DNA of 64,000 nucleotides from an uncultured Gammaproteobacteria bacterium (GCA_903928015.1 CAIYPF010000103.1:12602-76601); one strand, 5' to 3'; positions 1 through 11,505 are shown, numbered from the stretch's first letter. Made by a program: numbers and translations. Notes: generated by a model from the letters alone, not told the origin.

Positions 1-326
1 TCTGGACGTTGAAGGAGGCGTACCTCAAGGCGAGAGGTACCGGCCTGCAGTTGCCGCTCGCTGATTTCGCATTTTCATTCGAAGGCGAAACAATCTGCTT
101 TGAGGCCACAGCCGGGCTGGACGATCGTCCTGAACGCTGGGGTTTCTGGTGTGGGCGGATTGCAGGAGGCTTCAGTGTTTCCCTCGCGGTTGATGCCGGT
201 TCCGCTGCCGCCCGCGTCGCCGAGCCCGTTCTCAAGCTGCTGAACCCTTTGGGTGCTGCCACGCCTCTGGGCGCAAGCAAGGTTGTCGCGCGAAGTCAGC
301 AATTCCCCCGCATACCGACGATGTAG
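1..326 (+). CDS. 4'-phosphopantetheinyl transferase (Sfp/EntD type), 3' fragment; the gene begins upstream of the window
   Basis: The frame is open from the window edge to TAG at 324-326. WTLKEAYLKARGTGL matches the (W/F)xxKE(A/S)xxK signature of the PPTase superfamily. Confidence 0.5.
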   Translation, partial: WTLKEAYLKARGTGLQLPLADFAFSFEGETICFEATAGLDDRPERWGFWCGRIAGGFSVSLAVDAGSAAARVAEPVLKLLNPLGAATPLGASKVVARSQQFPRIPTM

Positions 327-387
327 TCACCGGCGCCTGTCGCTAAGATACGGCCCTTCTCGGCACAGACTCACTGGAGACCAAACC

Positions 388-1569
388 ATGTTCAGGATCC
401 GCACCTACAACCAGATCTCGGTTCGCGGGCTGGAGCGTTTTCCACGGGACCGTTATGAAGTCGCGAGCGAGATCGGTTCCGCAGACGGATTGCTGCTGCG
501 CAGCCACAAACTGCAGGTCGAGCAACTCGACGCATCGGTGCGGGCGGTTGCTCGTGCTGGCGCTGGCGTGAACAACATTCCGGTCGACGCCTGCACCGAG
601 CGTGGCATACCCGTATTCAACACGCCCGGTGCCAACGCCAACGCAGTCAAGGAACTGGTCGCAGCCGGAATGCTGCTCGCCTCCAGGGGCATCGTGGAGG
701 GGCTTGGCTATGTGAAGGGTCTTCCGGGTGATATGGATCCCGTGGAGATGAACAAGAAGCTCGAGGCCGAAAAGAAGAATTTTGCCGGCAATGAACTGCG
801 CGGCAGAACCCTCGGCGTTGTAGGCCTTGGCGCCATCGGCAGTCTGGTGGCGCGCCTTGGGCTTGATCTGGGCATGGATGTGATTGGCTACGATCCCGCG
901 CTGTCGGTGGAGGCTGCATGGCGGCTTCCGAGCGAAGTGCGCCGTATGGAGAACATCGGTGCGCTCTTCGCGCGCGCTGATTTCGTGTCGCTTCACCTCC
1001 CGGTGCTCGAGAGCACCCGCAACCTCGTGGGCGCTGAAACGCTGGCGCAAGCGCGCAAGGGAGCTTGTTTGCTCAACTTCGCGCGTGAGGAGATCGTCGA
1101 TATCGGTGCTTTGATCGAGGCGCTCTCGCGAGGTCAACTGCGTCGCTACGTAGCCGACTTTCCGCACCCGCGCCTGCTTGGACGGGACGACTGCTTGCTC
1201 ATGCCGCATATCGGAGCCAGCACCGAGGAGGCAGAAGAGAATTGCGCGGTCATGGCCGCAGACCAACTCCGCGCGTTCCTCGAACACGGCAACATCCGTA
1301 ACGCCGTCAATTTCCCCTCGATCGAGCTCGAGCGTACCGGCGGTTGCCGGATCGCAGTGGCCAACAGGAACGTTCCCGGAATGCTGGGTCACATGCTGTC
1401 GATCTTCGCCGATGCCCGGATCAACATTGTCGACATGCTCAACAAGAGCCGCGAGAACGTCGCCTACAACCTGATCGACGTCGAGGGTGATCCTTCCGCG
1501 GCAGTCATCGAGGCCATTTCCCGGGTAGACGGAGTGATCAACGTCCGGCTGATCCCTCCGCCACGCTGA
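388..1569 (+). CDS. serA: D-3-phosphoglycerate dehydrogenase
   Basis: 2-hydroxyacid dehydrogenase fold with the NAD loop GVVGLGAIGSLVA and a C-terminal ACT-like region (RIAVANRNVPGMLGHMLSIFADARINIVDM). I trimmed the start to ATG 388 (MFRIRTYNQIS); the ORF-track start at 253 adds an Arg-rich non-homologous extension. Confidence 0.85.
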   Translation: MFRIRTYNQISVRGLERFPRDRYEVASEIGSADGLLLRSHKLQVEQLDASVRAVARAGAGVNNIPVDACTERGIPVFNTPGANANAVKELVAAGMLLASRGIVEGLGYVKGLPGDMDPVEMNKKLEAEKKNFAGNELRGRTLGVVGLGAIGSLVARLGLDLGMDVIGYDPALSVEAAWRLPSEVRRMENIGALFARADFVSLHLPVLESTRNLVGAETLAQARKGACLLNFAREEIVDIGALIEALSRGQLRRYVADFPHPRLLGRDDCLLMPHIGASTEEAEENCAVMAADQLRAFLEHGNIRNAVNFPSIELERTGGCRIAVANRNVPGMLGHMLSIFADARINIVDMLNKSRENVAYNLIDVEGDPSAAVIEAISRVDGVINVRLIPPPR

Positions 1570-1570
1570 A

Positions 1571-2059
1571 ATGCACGTGGACGCCCTGGCTTCGCAGCAA
1601 GGTGGGCGCAGGCCTGCTGAGTTTTCAATCGACGCGCATGGCGAGTGGTTCTATCGGGGGAGTCCGATAAGGCGCGAAGGCCTGCTCCGGCTTCTTGAGG
1701 GGATGCTGAGGCGTGCGTCGGGCGCTTATGTCCTTGACACGCCCGAGCAAGCGCTGCGCGTTGATGTAGCGGATGTTCCGTTTGTGGTGACTGGCTACGA
1801 GGTGCTGGGTGACGCCGGCAGTCAAAGCATCTCCTTTGTCACCAGTCTGGGCGTGAAAATCCCGCTGGACGCAGAGCACCCGCTTTTTTTGAGAACGGCT
1901 CCCGACGGACAGACCAAACCTTATGTGATGGTCCGTGAAGGGTTGGAAGCGGTCCTTCACAGGAATGTCTTTTATGGTCTCGCCGGGATAGCGCAGGAGC
2001 GCTACCCCGGAGGTCCATACGGCGTTTCAAGCAACGGGCTTTTCTTCCCGCTCGAGTAG
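1571..2059 (+). CDS. DUF1285-family protein (function unknown)
   Basis: 162 aa, beginning 1 nt after the serA stop. The WFYRGSPIRREGLLRLL block resembles the DUF1285 N-terminal region as I remember it. Confidence 0.5.
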   Translation: MHVDALASQQGGRRPAEFSIDAHGEWFYRGSPIRREGLLRLLEGMLRRASGAYVLDTPEQALRVDVADVPFVVTGYEVLGDAGSQSISFVTSLGVKIPLDAEHPLFLRTAPDGQTKPYVMVREGLEAVLHRNVFYGLAGIAQERYPGGPYGVSSNGLFFPLE

Positions 2060-2073
2060 CGCCTTGCGGTGTA

Positions 2074-3702
2074 TTACATGTTCGGGTAGTTCGGACCGCC
2101 CGTGCCTTCCGGCGTCACCCACACAATGTTCTGCGTCGGATCCTTGATGTCGCAGGTCTTGCAGTGCACGCAGTTCTGGGCGTTGATCTGGAAGCGCTTG
2201 GATCCGTCTGCCTCGGCAACCACCTCGTAGACCCCGGCCGGGCAGTAACGCTGCGCTGGCTCGTCGTAGAGCGGCAGGTTGTGGCGGATGGGGACGCCCG
2301 GATCCTTGAGTCGCAAATGGCAGGGCTGGTCTTCTTCGTGGTTGGTGTTCGACAGATACACCGAGGAAAGCCGGTCGAAGCTCAGTACGCCGTCGGGTTT
2401 CGGGTAGCTGATCTGCCGACACTGCGCCGAGGGCTTCAACTGGGCGTGGTCCGGCGTCGAATCGCTGAAGGTCCAGGGCAGTTTGCCCTTGAAGATATTT
2501 ATGTCCACAAACGCGTAAGCCGAACCCAGGATGTTGCCGAACTTGTGCTGGGCGGGGCCGAAATTGCGCTGCGTGTGCAGTTCCTTTCCGGCCCATGATC
2601 CCAGGAACGCGTCCGTGAAGCCGCTGATTTCCTCTCCCTCGTGCCCGGACTCCGCGATCGCCTTGTGCACGGATTCTGCCGCAACCATGCCGCTCTTCAT
2701 CGCGGTGTGGGAGCCTTTGATCTTGGCGAAATTCAGGGTGCCGGCGTCACAGCCGATGAGCAGTCCGCCCGGAAAGCTCATCTTGGGAAGGGACTGTATG
2801 CCACCCTTGGCGATTGCGCGTGCGCCGTAAGCGACTCGCTTGCCACCCTCGAGGTATTGCTTCACCAGCGGGTGCTGTTTGTAGCGCTGGAATTCCTCGA
2901 AGGGGCTTATCGAAGGATTGCTGTAGCCAAGATCGGTGATCAGGCCGATCGAGACCAGATTACCTTCGAGATGGTAGAGGAAGCTGCCGCCATGGGCTCC
3001 GCTCTGTTCCAGCGGCCATCCCGCCGTATGCATGACGAGTCCGGGACGGTGCTTGGCAGGATCGATTTCCCAGAGCTCCTTGATCCCGAGGCCGTAGTGC
3101 TGGGGGTCGCGTCCGGCGTCGAGACCGAAACGGCTGATGAGTTGCTTGCCGAGGTGTCCGCGGCAACCTTCTGCGAACAGCGTGTACTTCGCGTGCAGTT
3201 CCATGCCGGGGGTATAGCTGTCTTTCTGCTCGCCGTCCGCTCCTATGCCGGCGTCTCCGGTGGCGATGCCCTTCACCCGGCCGTCCTCGTGGAACAGCAC
3301 CTCGGAGGCGGCAAATCCGGGGTAGATCTCGGCGCCGAGGGCTTCGGCCTGCTGGCCCAGCCAGCGGCAGAGGTTGCCAAGGCTGATGATGTAGTTGCCC
3401 TCGTTGTGCATGGTGCTCGGCACCATGAAACCCGGAACGCGGAGGCCCGAGGTTTCGTTTCGGAGCACGTAGATTTCATCGCCCGCGACGGGCGTGTTGA
3501 GCGGTGCACCGTTGGCTGCCCAGTCGGGGAACAGTTCGTTCAGTGCGGTCGGCTCGAATATCGCGCCGGAGAGGATATGCGCGCCAACCTCCGAGCCTTT
3601 CTCCACTACGCAGACACTGATGTCCTGGGAAAGCTGACGCAGACGGCAGGCGGCCGCGAGTCCTGCAGGGCCTGCGCCCACTATCACGACGTCGAATTCC
3701 AT
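2074..3702 (-). CDS. Electron-transfer flavoprotein:ubiquinone oxidoreductase (ETF-QO)
   Basis: FAD-binding motif MEFDVVIVGAGPAGLAAA and a C-terminal ferredoxin-like Cys cluster (CPAGVYE...NCVHCKTCDIKDP). Length is typical at about 540-560 aa. The start could lie as far upstream as 3756. Confidence 0.9.
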   Translation of the reverse strand: MEFDVVIVGAGPAGLAAACRLRQLSQDISVCVVEKGSEVGAHILSGAIFEPTALNELFPDWAANGAPLNTPVAGDEIYVLRNETSGLRVPGFMVPSTMHNEGNYIISLGNLCRWLGQQAEALGAEIYPGFAASEVLFHEDGRVKGIATGDAGIGADGEQKDSYTPGMELHAKYTLFAEGCRGHLGKQLISRFGLDAGRDPQHYGLGIKELWEIDPAKHRPGLVMHTAGWPLEQSGAHGGSFLYHLEGNLVSIGLITDLGYSNPSISPFEEFQRYKQHPLVKQYLEGGKRVAYGARAIAKGGIQSLPKMSFPGGLLIGCDAGTLNFAKIKGSHTAMKSGMVAAESVHKAIAESGHEGEEISGFTDAFLGSWAGKELHTQRNFGPAQHKFGNILGSAYAFVDINIFKGKLPWTFSDSTPDHAQLKPSAQCRQISYPKPDGVLSFDRLSSVYLSNTNHEEDQPCHLRLKDPGVPIRHNLPLYDEPAQRYCPAGVYEVVAEADGSKRFQINAQNCVHCKTCDIKDPTQNIVWVTPEGTGGPNYPNM

Positions 3703-3998
3703 CGATTCCCGGTTGCTCACGTACTCCACCTCTCTAAGTGCCCGTGGCGCCACCACTCATGGGGGGCGACCTGTTGCGATCGTGGTTTCAAGGGTTGTCG
3801 CCAGGCGCGTGCCGGCGGGAGAAGGATACTTCAAACCACGGCGAATCGGCGCCGCATACTGGTAGCATTGCCGATCTCGGTCTGCTCGGCCATTGACCTC
3901 CCCACGGCCTCTCCGGACAATGCCCCGGCCTTGCGGTTGGCGCTTCGCGTCAGTGAATCCGCAAGCGAAAAGTCCCCACCAGTTCCAGCGGAGAGTCC

Positions 3999-4748
3999 AT
4001 GAAAGTTCTCGTAGCGGTAAAACGCGTCGTCGACTACAACGTCAAGGTGCGGCCGAAAAGCGATGGTTCTGGCGTAGACCTGAACAACGTGAAGATGTCG
4101 GTCAATCCCTTCTGTGAAATCGCCGTAGAAGAGGCGGTACGCCTGCGTGAAAAAGGCGTCGCAACGGAGGTCATCGCGGTCTCCCTTGGTGACAAGTCCT
4201 GTCAGGAGCAGATCCGTACGGCACTCGCTCTGGGCGCCGATCGGGGCATCCTGGTCGAGACCGATGCAGAACTGCAGCCGCTTGCAGTTGCCAAGCTGCT
4301 CAAGGCAGTGATCGAGCGCGAGGGTGTACAGCTCGCGATCCTCGGCAAGCAGTCCATCGACGGTGACAACAACCAGACCGGGCAGATGCTCTCGGCTCTG
4401 GCCGGCATGTCGCAGGGTACCTTCGCTTCCAAGCTCGATATCGCGGATGGCAAGGCTACCGTTACGCGTGAGGTCGACGGCGGTCTCCAGACACTCGAGC
4501 TCTCGCTTCCTGCAGTCATCACCAGCGACCTGCGCCTGAACGAGCCGCGCTATGCCTCGCTCCCCAACATCATGAAGGCCAAGAAAAAGCCCCTCGATAC
4601 GCTGACGCCTGCCGAACTCGGCGTGGACGTGACGCCCCGCGTGAAGACGCTGAAGGTGTCTCCGCCCCCCGAGCGCAAGGCCGGTATCAAGGTCGGTTCC
4701 GTCGAGGAACTCGTCGACAAACTCCGCAACGAAGCGAAGGTGATCTGA
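3999..4748 (+). CDS. etfB: Electron transfer flavoprotein beta subunit
   Basis: [19 protein letters not shown]-terminus typical of EtfB. GGAGAG RBS upstream. Divergent from ETF-QO. Confidence 0.92.
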   Translation: MKVLVAVKRVVDYNVKVRPKSDGSGVDLNNVKMSVNPFCEIAVEEAVRLREKGVATEVIAVSLGDKSCQEQIRTALALGADRGILVETDAELQPLAVAKLLKAVIEREGVQLAILGKQSIDGDNNQTGQMLSALAGMSQGTFASKLDIADGKATVTREVDGGLQTLELSLPAVITSDLRLNEPRYASLPNIMKAKKKPLDTLTPAELGVDVTPRVKTLKVSPPPERKAGIKVGSVEELVDKLRNEAKVI

Positions 4749-5677
4749 TGACTACCCTGGTTATTGCCGAACACAGCAACACCGAACTGAAGCCCGCCAC
4801 CCTTCATGCGGTGACGGCAGCTCAGCAAATCGGCTCCGAAGTCCATGTGCTGGTGGCAGGCGCGGGTTGCGCCGAGGCCGCCGCCGCAGCCTCCCGTATC
4901 GCGGGCGTGAGCAAGGTGCTGGTCGCCGACAACGCGGCCTATGCCACGCAACTCGCAGAGAACATGTCCGCGCTGATTGCCGAAGTCGCCACGGCGTATG
5001 ACGCAGTGCTCGCTGCGGCAACCGCTGGTGCCAAGAACGTGATGCCCCGCGTCGCGGCCTTGCTCGATGTTGCACAGATCTCCGAGATCACCGCAGTGAT
5101 CAGCGCCGACACCTTCGAGCGCCCGATCTACGCGGGTAACGTCATCGCCACGGTCCAGAGCACCGATGCCCGCAAAGTCATCACGGTGCGTGCCACCGGC
5201 TTTGATGCCGCTTCGGCCGAAGGTGGATCCGCCACCATCGAGGCGCTGTCTTCCGCTCACGACGCCGGCTTGTCGCGCTTCATCGAGGAGCGTGTCGCCA
5301 AGTCCGACCGCCCCGAGCTCACCGCTGCCCGAGTGGTGGTGTCCGGTGGCCGTGGCATGCAGAACGGAGACAACTTCAAGCTGCTCGAGGCCGTGGCCGA
5401 CAAGCTCAACGCCGCTGTGGGCGCCTCGCGCGCTGCCGTCGACGCAGGCTTCGTCCCCAACGATTATCAGGTTGGCCAGACCGGCAAGATCGTTGCGCCT
5501 GACCTTTACATCGCTGTCGGTATCTCCGGTGCGATCCAGCACCTCGCCGGCATGAAGGATTCCAAGGTCATCGTCGCGATCAACAAGGATCCGGACGCAC
5601 CGATCTTCCAGGTGGCCGATTACGGTCTCGTAGCGGATCTTTTCCAGGCTGTACCGGAACTCAGCTCGTCGCTCTGA
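4748..5677 (+). CDS. etfA: Electron transfer flavoprotein alpha subunit
   Basis: ATGA overlap with etfB. C-terminal FAD-binding region (VVSGGRG...[29 protein letters not shown]) typical of EtfA. Confidence 0.92.
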   Translation: MTTLVIAEHSNTELKPATLHAVTAAQQIGSEVHVLVAGAGCAEAAAAASRIAGVSKVLVADNAAYATQLAENMSALIAEVATAYDAVLAAATAGAKNVMPRVAALLDVAQISEITAVISADTFERPIYAGNVIATVQSTDARKVITVRATGFDAASAEGGSATIEALSSAHDAGLSRFIEERVAKSDRPELTAARVVVSGGRGMQNGDNFKLLEAVADKLNAAVGASRAAVDAGFVPNDYQVGQTGKIVAPDLYIAVGISGAIQHLAGMKDSKVIVAINKDPDAPIFQVADYGLVADLFQAVPELSSSL

Positions 5678-5695
5678 GGCGGCTCGTTCCCTGAA

Positions 5696-5728
5696 AGGCA
5701 CGCTCCCGCAGGGGGGCGTGCCTTTTTT
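5696..5728 (+). terminator. Rho-independent terminator after etfA; it may also act for the convergent nspC
   Basis: 12-bp stem AGGCACGCTCCC / GGGGGCGTGCCT (one G-U pair), GCAG loop, followed by a T6 run. It sits in the 54-bp gap between the convergent etfA and nspC. Confidence 0.8.
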
Positions 5729-5731
5729 GTT

Positions 5732-6904
5732 TCAGGACAGACGCCCGCGGAAGTCTTCGTAGCCGAAACGGCGGACGACACGGAGCTCCTGGGTCTCCGA
5801 GTTCCAGATGGCGATCGACGGCAGGTTTATGCCGTTGAACGTGGTGGTCTTGACCATCGTGTAGTAGGCCATGTCTTCAAACACCACGCGTGAGCCGACG
5901 CGCAGCGGCTCAGGAAAGCTGTAATCGCCAATGACGTCACCTGCCAGGCAGGTCTGGCCGCCAAGGCGATACAAATGCGGATGCTCCCCCTCTGCTCCGG
6001 CACCGGTGATCACGGGGCGGTAGGGCATTTCGATGACATCAGGCATGTGACAGGTGGCGGAGGTGTCGAGGATCGCCTGCGCCATACCGTTGTGGCCGAT
6101 GTCGAGAACTTCGCTCACCATCACGCCACAGTGGTAGGCGATGGCTTCTCCGGGCTCGAGGTATACCTGCACGCCCCAGCGCGACTGGACGTCCCGCAGC
6201 AGCGCGATCAGGGCATCGACCTGGTACCCGGGCCGGGTAATGTGGTGACCGCCGCCGAAGTTGATCCACTTCATCCGCGGGATGAGGTCGGCAAAGCGCT
6301 GCTCGAATGCGCGAACGGTGCGCTCCAGAGGCAGGAAGTCCTGTTCGCACAAGGTGTGGAAGTGAAGACCGGTTACGTGCCGGAGGGACTCCTCCCGCAG
6401 CGCATCGCGCACCACCCCCAGGCGTGAGCAGGGAGCGCAGGGGTCGTACAGGGGGACGGCACCTTCAGAGTGCTCGGGGTTCAGGCGGATCCCGATCTCG
6501 AGTCCGGGTCGGGCCTCGCGTGCGGCGCGGATCTCCGGCTCGAAGCGGTCCAACTGATCGCAGGAGTTGAAGACAACGTGGTCGGAGATGGCCAGAACCT
6601 GCTTGAGGTCCTCCCGCGTGAAGGCGGCCGAGAAGGTGTGGACCTCGCCGCCGAACTCCTCACGGCCGAGTCGCGCCTCGTGAAGTCCGCTCGCGCAGGT
6701 GCCCGACAGATAGCGGGACACCAACGGCGCCATGCTGAACATCGAGAACGCCTTCAGTGCGAGAAGGATTTTCGCGCCGCTCTCCTGCTGCACCCGCGCA
6801 AGCAGCCGGAGGTTGCACTCCAGCGCCGCCTCGTCGACCACGAAACAGGGGGACGGTACCCGCCCTGGATCGAGGCTCCTGAATCGCTCGAGAAGGCTCC
6901 CCAT
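5732..6904 (-). CDS. nspC: Carboxynorspermidine/carboxyspermidine decarboxylase
   Basis: Fold-III PLP decarboxylase motifs: LLALKAFSM (PLP Lys), NFGGGHH, LEPGEAI, GGQTCLAGD. About 390 aa, typical of NspC. Start trimmed to ATG 6904 (MGSLLERF), 14 nt after the upstream gene. Confidence 0.85.
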   Translation of the reverse strand: MGSLLERFRSLDPGRVPSPCFVVDEAALECNLRLLARVQQESGAKILLALKAFSMFSMAPLVSRYLSGTCASGLHEARLGREEFGGEVHTFSAAFTREDLKQVLAISDHVVFNSCDQLDRFEPEIRAAREARPGLEIGIRLNPEHSEGAVPLYDPCAPCSRLGVVRDALREESLRHVTGLHFHTLCEQDFLPLERTVRAFEQRFADLIPRMKWINFGGGHHITRPGYQVDALIALLRDVQSRWGVQVYLEPGEAIAYHCGVMVSEVLDIGHNGMAQAILDTSATCHMPDVIEMPYRPVITGAGAEGEHPHLYRLGGQTCLAGDVIGDYSFPEPLRVGSRVVFEDMAYYTMVKTTTFNGINLPSIAIWNSETQELRVVRRFGYEDFRGRLS

Positions 6905-6918
6905 CGTCAGGGCCTTGC

Positions 6919-8112
<1,194 letters not shown>

Positions 8113-8124
8113 CTGCTGTTCTCC

Positions 8125-10038
8125 CTATTCCTCGAAGTAGGTATATCCGCGCAGGCTGGCGTCGAAGGACGCGAGCAGCGCCTGCCGCTCCTGCGGCGTT
8201 ATCCGTCCAGCGCGAACCGCATTTTCGGCCGTCCGGCGGAATTGCTCCAGCAACTGCTGGGGCTGGTACTCCACGTAGCTCAATACGTCGGCGATGCTGT
8301 CGCCGTCGATCTCGCGCACGAAGTCGAAGCTGCCGTCGGCATTGATCCGCACGCTAACGACGTTGGTGTCGCCCATCAGGTTGTGCAGGTCGCCGAGAGT
8401 CTCCTGATAGGCGCCCACCAGGAAGACACCCATGTAGTAGGGCTCGTTTTCGCGCAGTGCGTGCACGGGCAAGGTCTTGCGCAGTCCGCGCGGATCGATG
8501 AAGCGGTCGATCTTGCCGTCGGAATCGCAGGTGATGTCCGCGATGATGGCTTGCCGCTGCGGTTTTTCCGTATGCCGGTGGACGGGGATCACGGGGAAGA
8601 CCTGCTCGATGGCCCACACGTCCGGCAGTGACTGGAACACCGAGAAATTGCCGTAGTAGATATCGGCAAGGGAGTCTTCCAGACCGTCCAGCCCGGGAGG
8701 GACTCGCCGCGAGCCGGAGGTCTCGCGCGCGATCACGCGCACGATCTCCAGGAACAGCCGCTCCGAGAGCGACAGCGAGCGCAGCCGGATCTGGCCGCGC
8801 TTGAAGAGTTCGCGTATCTCGTCCCGGTAATAGACGGCGTCGTTGAAGCATTCCTGCAGGTTCTTGCCGCCAATGCCGTTCAGCACATCGGCGAGATTCC
8901 GCAGCAACTCGTGCTCGTCAGCGCCCACCGCAGGCGGATCGCCGGACTCGAAACTGGTGACGTCCAGGATGTTGAACAGCAGGATCGAGGAGTAGGCGAC
9001 AGTGGCGCGTCCCGACTCCGTGACGATAACCGGATGCTCGATGCCTTCCGGATCGAGCGTCGTCATGATCGTTTCGACGATGTCGCTGCAGTACTCGTCC
9101 AGCGAGTAGTTCTTGCTGTACTCGTAGTTGGTCTGGGAGCCGTCGTAATCGACCGCAAGTCCGCCGCCGAGGTCCAGATAGCCGAGCGCGGCGCCTTCCT
9201 TGACGAGGTCCGCGTAGTAGCGGCACGCCTCGAGCACGCCGCTGCGGATGTCACGGATGTTCGGGATCTGCGAGCCCAGGTGGTAATGCAGCAACTGCAG
9301 GCAGTCGAGCATCCCGTGCTCGCGCAGCAGATCCAGCGTCTGCACGATTTGCGAGGTCGTGAGCCCGAATATGCTCCGGTCACCGCTGCTCTCGCTCCAG
9401 GCGCCGCCCACTTTTGAGGCGAGTTTCACGCGGATGCCGAGAATGGGGCGGATGCCGAGCCGGTTGCTCGCCTCCAGGATGATCGGCAACTCGGTGGGCG
9501 TCTCGATCACGAAGGTGACGCGGTATCCGAGGCGCAGTGCCTGCAAGCCAAGCGACACGAACTCTTCGTCCTTGTAGCCGTTACAGACGATGTGGCCAAC
9601 GCCTGGCTGCAGGGTGGCGAGCGCGATCAGGAGTTCGGCCTTGCTGCCTGCCTCCAGGCCGTGACCGTAGGCCGAACCGAAGCGGGCGATCTCCTCGATC
9701 ACCTGGCATTGCTGGTTCACCTTGATCGGGAACACGCCGCGGAAGGTGCCACGGTAGCCCAGCGTGCTGATGGCACGCGCGAAGCTCTCGTTGAGTACCG
9801 TTATCTGGGCGTCGAGGAGGTTCTCTATACGCAGCAGTACTGGCATCTGCCAGCCCCGCTCTCGCATGCCCTCGATGATTTTCGGGATACTGACGCCTAC
9901 GCGCCCGTCCGGGAACTGTACGTTCACCGTGACCGCGCCGTCGTCGGACAGGTCGAAGTAACCAGCCCCCCAGTTCCTGATGCCGTACAGTTCGGCGGAG
10001 TCAGCCGCCGTCCAGTGGGGAGTTCCGTTGGTCTTCAA
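8125..10038 (-). CDS. speA: Biosynthetic arginine decarboxylase
   Basis: 637 aa with YGIRNWGAGYF near the N-terminus, FPIKVNQQ (PLP Lys), LDLGGGLAVDY and ADITCDSDG. TTG start with GGAGG upstream. Confidence 0.92.
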   Translation of the reverse strand: MKTNGTPHWTAADSAELYGIRNWGAGYFDLSDDGAVTVNVQFPDGRVGVSIPKIIEGMRERGWQMPVLLRIENLLDAQITVLNESFARAISTLGYRGTFRGVFPIKVNQQCQVIEEIARFGSAYGHGLEAGSKAELLIALATLQPGVGHIVCNGYKDEEFVSLGLQALRLGYRVTFVIETPTELPIILEASNRLGIRPILGIRVKLASKVGGAWSESSGDRSIFGLTTSQIVQTLDLLREHGMLDCLQLLHYHLGSQIPNIRDIRSGVLEACRYYADLVKEGAALGYLDLGGGLAVDYDGSQTNYEYSKNYSLDEYCSDIVETIMTTLDPEGIEHPVIVTESGRATVAYSSILLFNILDVTSFESGDPPAVGADEHELLRNLADVLNGIGGKNLQECFNDAVYYRDEIRELFKRGQIRLRSLSLSERLFLEIVRVIARETSGSRRVPPGLDGLEDSLADIYYGNFSVFQSLPDVWAIEQVFPVIPVHRHTEKPQRQAIIADITCDSDGKIDRFIDPRGLRKTLPVHALRENEPYYMGVFLVGAYQETLGDLHNLMGDTNVVSVRINADGSFDFVREIDGDSIADVLSYVEYQPQQLLEQFRRTAENAVRAGRITPQERQALLASFDASLRGYTYFEE

Positions 10039-10078
10039 TTCCTGCCTGTTCCTCCGATGCTATGGTCGATACCCGGGT

Positions 10079-10109
10079 GGGGCGCGCATGGTGCGTCGCG
10101 CCCCCCCCC
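10079..10109. other. GC-rich inverted repeat (8-bp stem GGGGCGCG/CGCGCCCC) running into a C9 homopolymer
   Basis: Read directly from the sequence in the 123-bp spacer between the 397-aa gene and speA. No U-tract on the minus-strand transcript, so it is not a canonical intrinsic terminator. Confidence 0.5.
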
Positions 10110-10161
10110 ATATCAAGCATGCGGGGGATGAATTTTTCGTGAATTTACGTGGGCTCTGCCC

Positions 10162-11355
10162 TCAAGACGGGTAGCGGTTCAGGATGCCGGTCCGACGATC
10201 CGCCAGCTGCTGGCGACGTTGCTCCGGGCTGATCCGCTTTATTCCTGTGGGCAGTGCATAGCCGAGGCCCGAGGCCTCTACCAGCGTGCAGTCCGGTCGG
10301 GGGTAATGATCGGTGCCGATCCAGCGGAAGGTGATGTAGCCCTCGGTGTATCCCGATGGGTCCAGCCAGTTCGGCAGGCCCGGGTCTTCGTGACTCACGA
10401 CCACGATCAGTTCGCCGTCGTCTTCGATGGCCGCGTGATCACAGTTGGTGCTGCACAACCGGTAGCGGTAGTCCATGGTTTCCCAGTAGTAGTTTCCGAA
10501 CTCGACGCCCCACCAATAGCCTGTGGGCGGTCTGACGCGAAGGATCAGAGCCTCGCCCGGCGCCACTTTCCAGTAGCAGATGAGCGGCTCGCCTCCTGGC
10601 GTTGCGTCTATGGCATTGCGGTCAAGCTCGCGATACGAGAGGAATCGGTGGGGCTGTGACTGCCAGCGGTCGAGCATGTCTGCCCAGTAGTGAAGTGACA
10701 CGTCGACCCAGCGTGCGGCGGCTGACAGTCCCCGCGCGAGGCGTGCCGTATCGGGCACCGCGGGGGGCGTAAGCGCGTCCGCGCCCATGCGGTCAATGCG
10801 CGCCCGCATCGGGCGTTCGGCTGACCAGTCACCGAAGAACTGGCGGATCGTGACCCGGTAGGTGCCGGGGGATGTGCGAATCCAGTTACCCGCTTGCGGC
10901 TCCGGAGAGAGCAGCACGCGGAATTGCCCGCTTGCGTCCACCTCGAGGTCCTTGCCGAGCAGCGTGCCCACCACCTTGCCACCCCAAGGCGTGGCGCCGT
11001 CCTCAAGGACGGTGATGGCGAAGTACCGGGCGGTGCCGCGGTCGCCGTGGATCAGATAGGTGTCGCTGCCGTTTACAGGCGCGCCCACGTAGATCGCGTC
11101 GGTGTTGTCGCCGCCCTGTTTGCGCACCGGATCGAAGTAATGCATGAGCTCGGGGTAGAGCGGGTCGTTGTTCTCGAGCTCGAACTGCAAGGCGAGCGCG
11201 ATGTTCCGGGCGAGCGCGCGCGTCCCCGTCACCTGGTCGATCTCGCCCTTGGGGGTGGTAGGCCGTGCGAGAAGGCGACCGGCCTGCTTCAGGTTGTCGC
11301 AAAAATCTTCCCAGACGCGGATTGCCTCGTCCTGATGTGTCATGCGGGTCTCCAC
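10162..11355 (-). CDS. Hypothetical protein, possibly DUF1214 family
   Basis: 397-aa ORF with a coding-like codon pattern. The aromatic-rich C-terminal half (PTGYWWGVEFGNYYWETMDYRY) resembles DUF1214 proteins from memory. No signal peptide is evident. Confidence 0.4.
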   Translation of the reverse strand: METRMTHQDEAIRVWEDFCDNLKQAGRLLARPTTPKGEIDQVTGTRALARNIALALQFELENNDPLYPELMHYFDPVRKQGGDNTDAIYVGAPVNGSDTYLIHGDRGTARYFAITVLEDGATPWGGKVVGTLLGKDLEVDASGQFRVLLSPEPQAGNWIRTSPGTYRVTIRQFFGDWSAERPMRARIDRMGADALTPPAVPDTARLARGLSAAARWVDVSLHYWADMLDRWQSQPHRFLSYRELDRNAIDATPGGEPLICYWKVAPGEALILRVRPPTGYWWGVEFGNYYWETMDYRYRLCSTNCDHAAIEDDGELIVVVSHEDPGLPNWLDPSGYTEGYITFRWIGTDHYPRPDCTLVEASGLGYALPTGIKRISPEQRRQQLADRRTGILNRYPS

Positions 11356-11505
11356 TGACGTTTGTGTGCTCCGACCGCAGTGTATTGGTGCCCAACCCTG
11401 CCTGCGATACTCCGTTTGCAGGAGTTCAGGTGCGTGATCGGCCTGCCTTGCTCTTGAGTTGCCGCTGCCTTAGTCTGCGGCGCCCCGCCCTTGGATGCCG
11501 TGAGC

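Noticed and set aside
2641-4002. 453-aa plus-strand ORF antisense to ETF-QO, running into the etfB promoter region
   Set aside because: It is a shadow frame of the well-supported ETF-QO gene. Similar cases that I also rejected are 343-1392(-), 4550-5701(-), 6931-8109(+), 12961-14211(+), 25293-26705(-), 33542-34846(-), 36069-37124(-), 37446-38660(-), 43033-44265(-), 44913-45899(-) and 55094-55939(-).
10101-10109. C9 homopolymer as a phase-variation (slipped-strand) switch
   Set aside because: It is intergenic, not within a coding frame or an obvious -10/-35 spacer, and it forms part of a GC hairpin. There is no contingency-gene context. It is kept only as a note under the hairpin feature.
11356-11505. 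Possible yybP-ykoY (Mn2+) riboswitch upstream of the TerC-family gene
   Set aside because: TerC/Alx genes are often preceded by this riboswitch, but I could not find its conserved core (a GGGGAGUAG-type segment and the paired conserved loops) in the 150-nt leader. Only a short 5-bp hairpin is present. A covariance-model scan (Rfam RF00080) would settle it.
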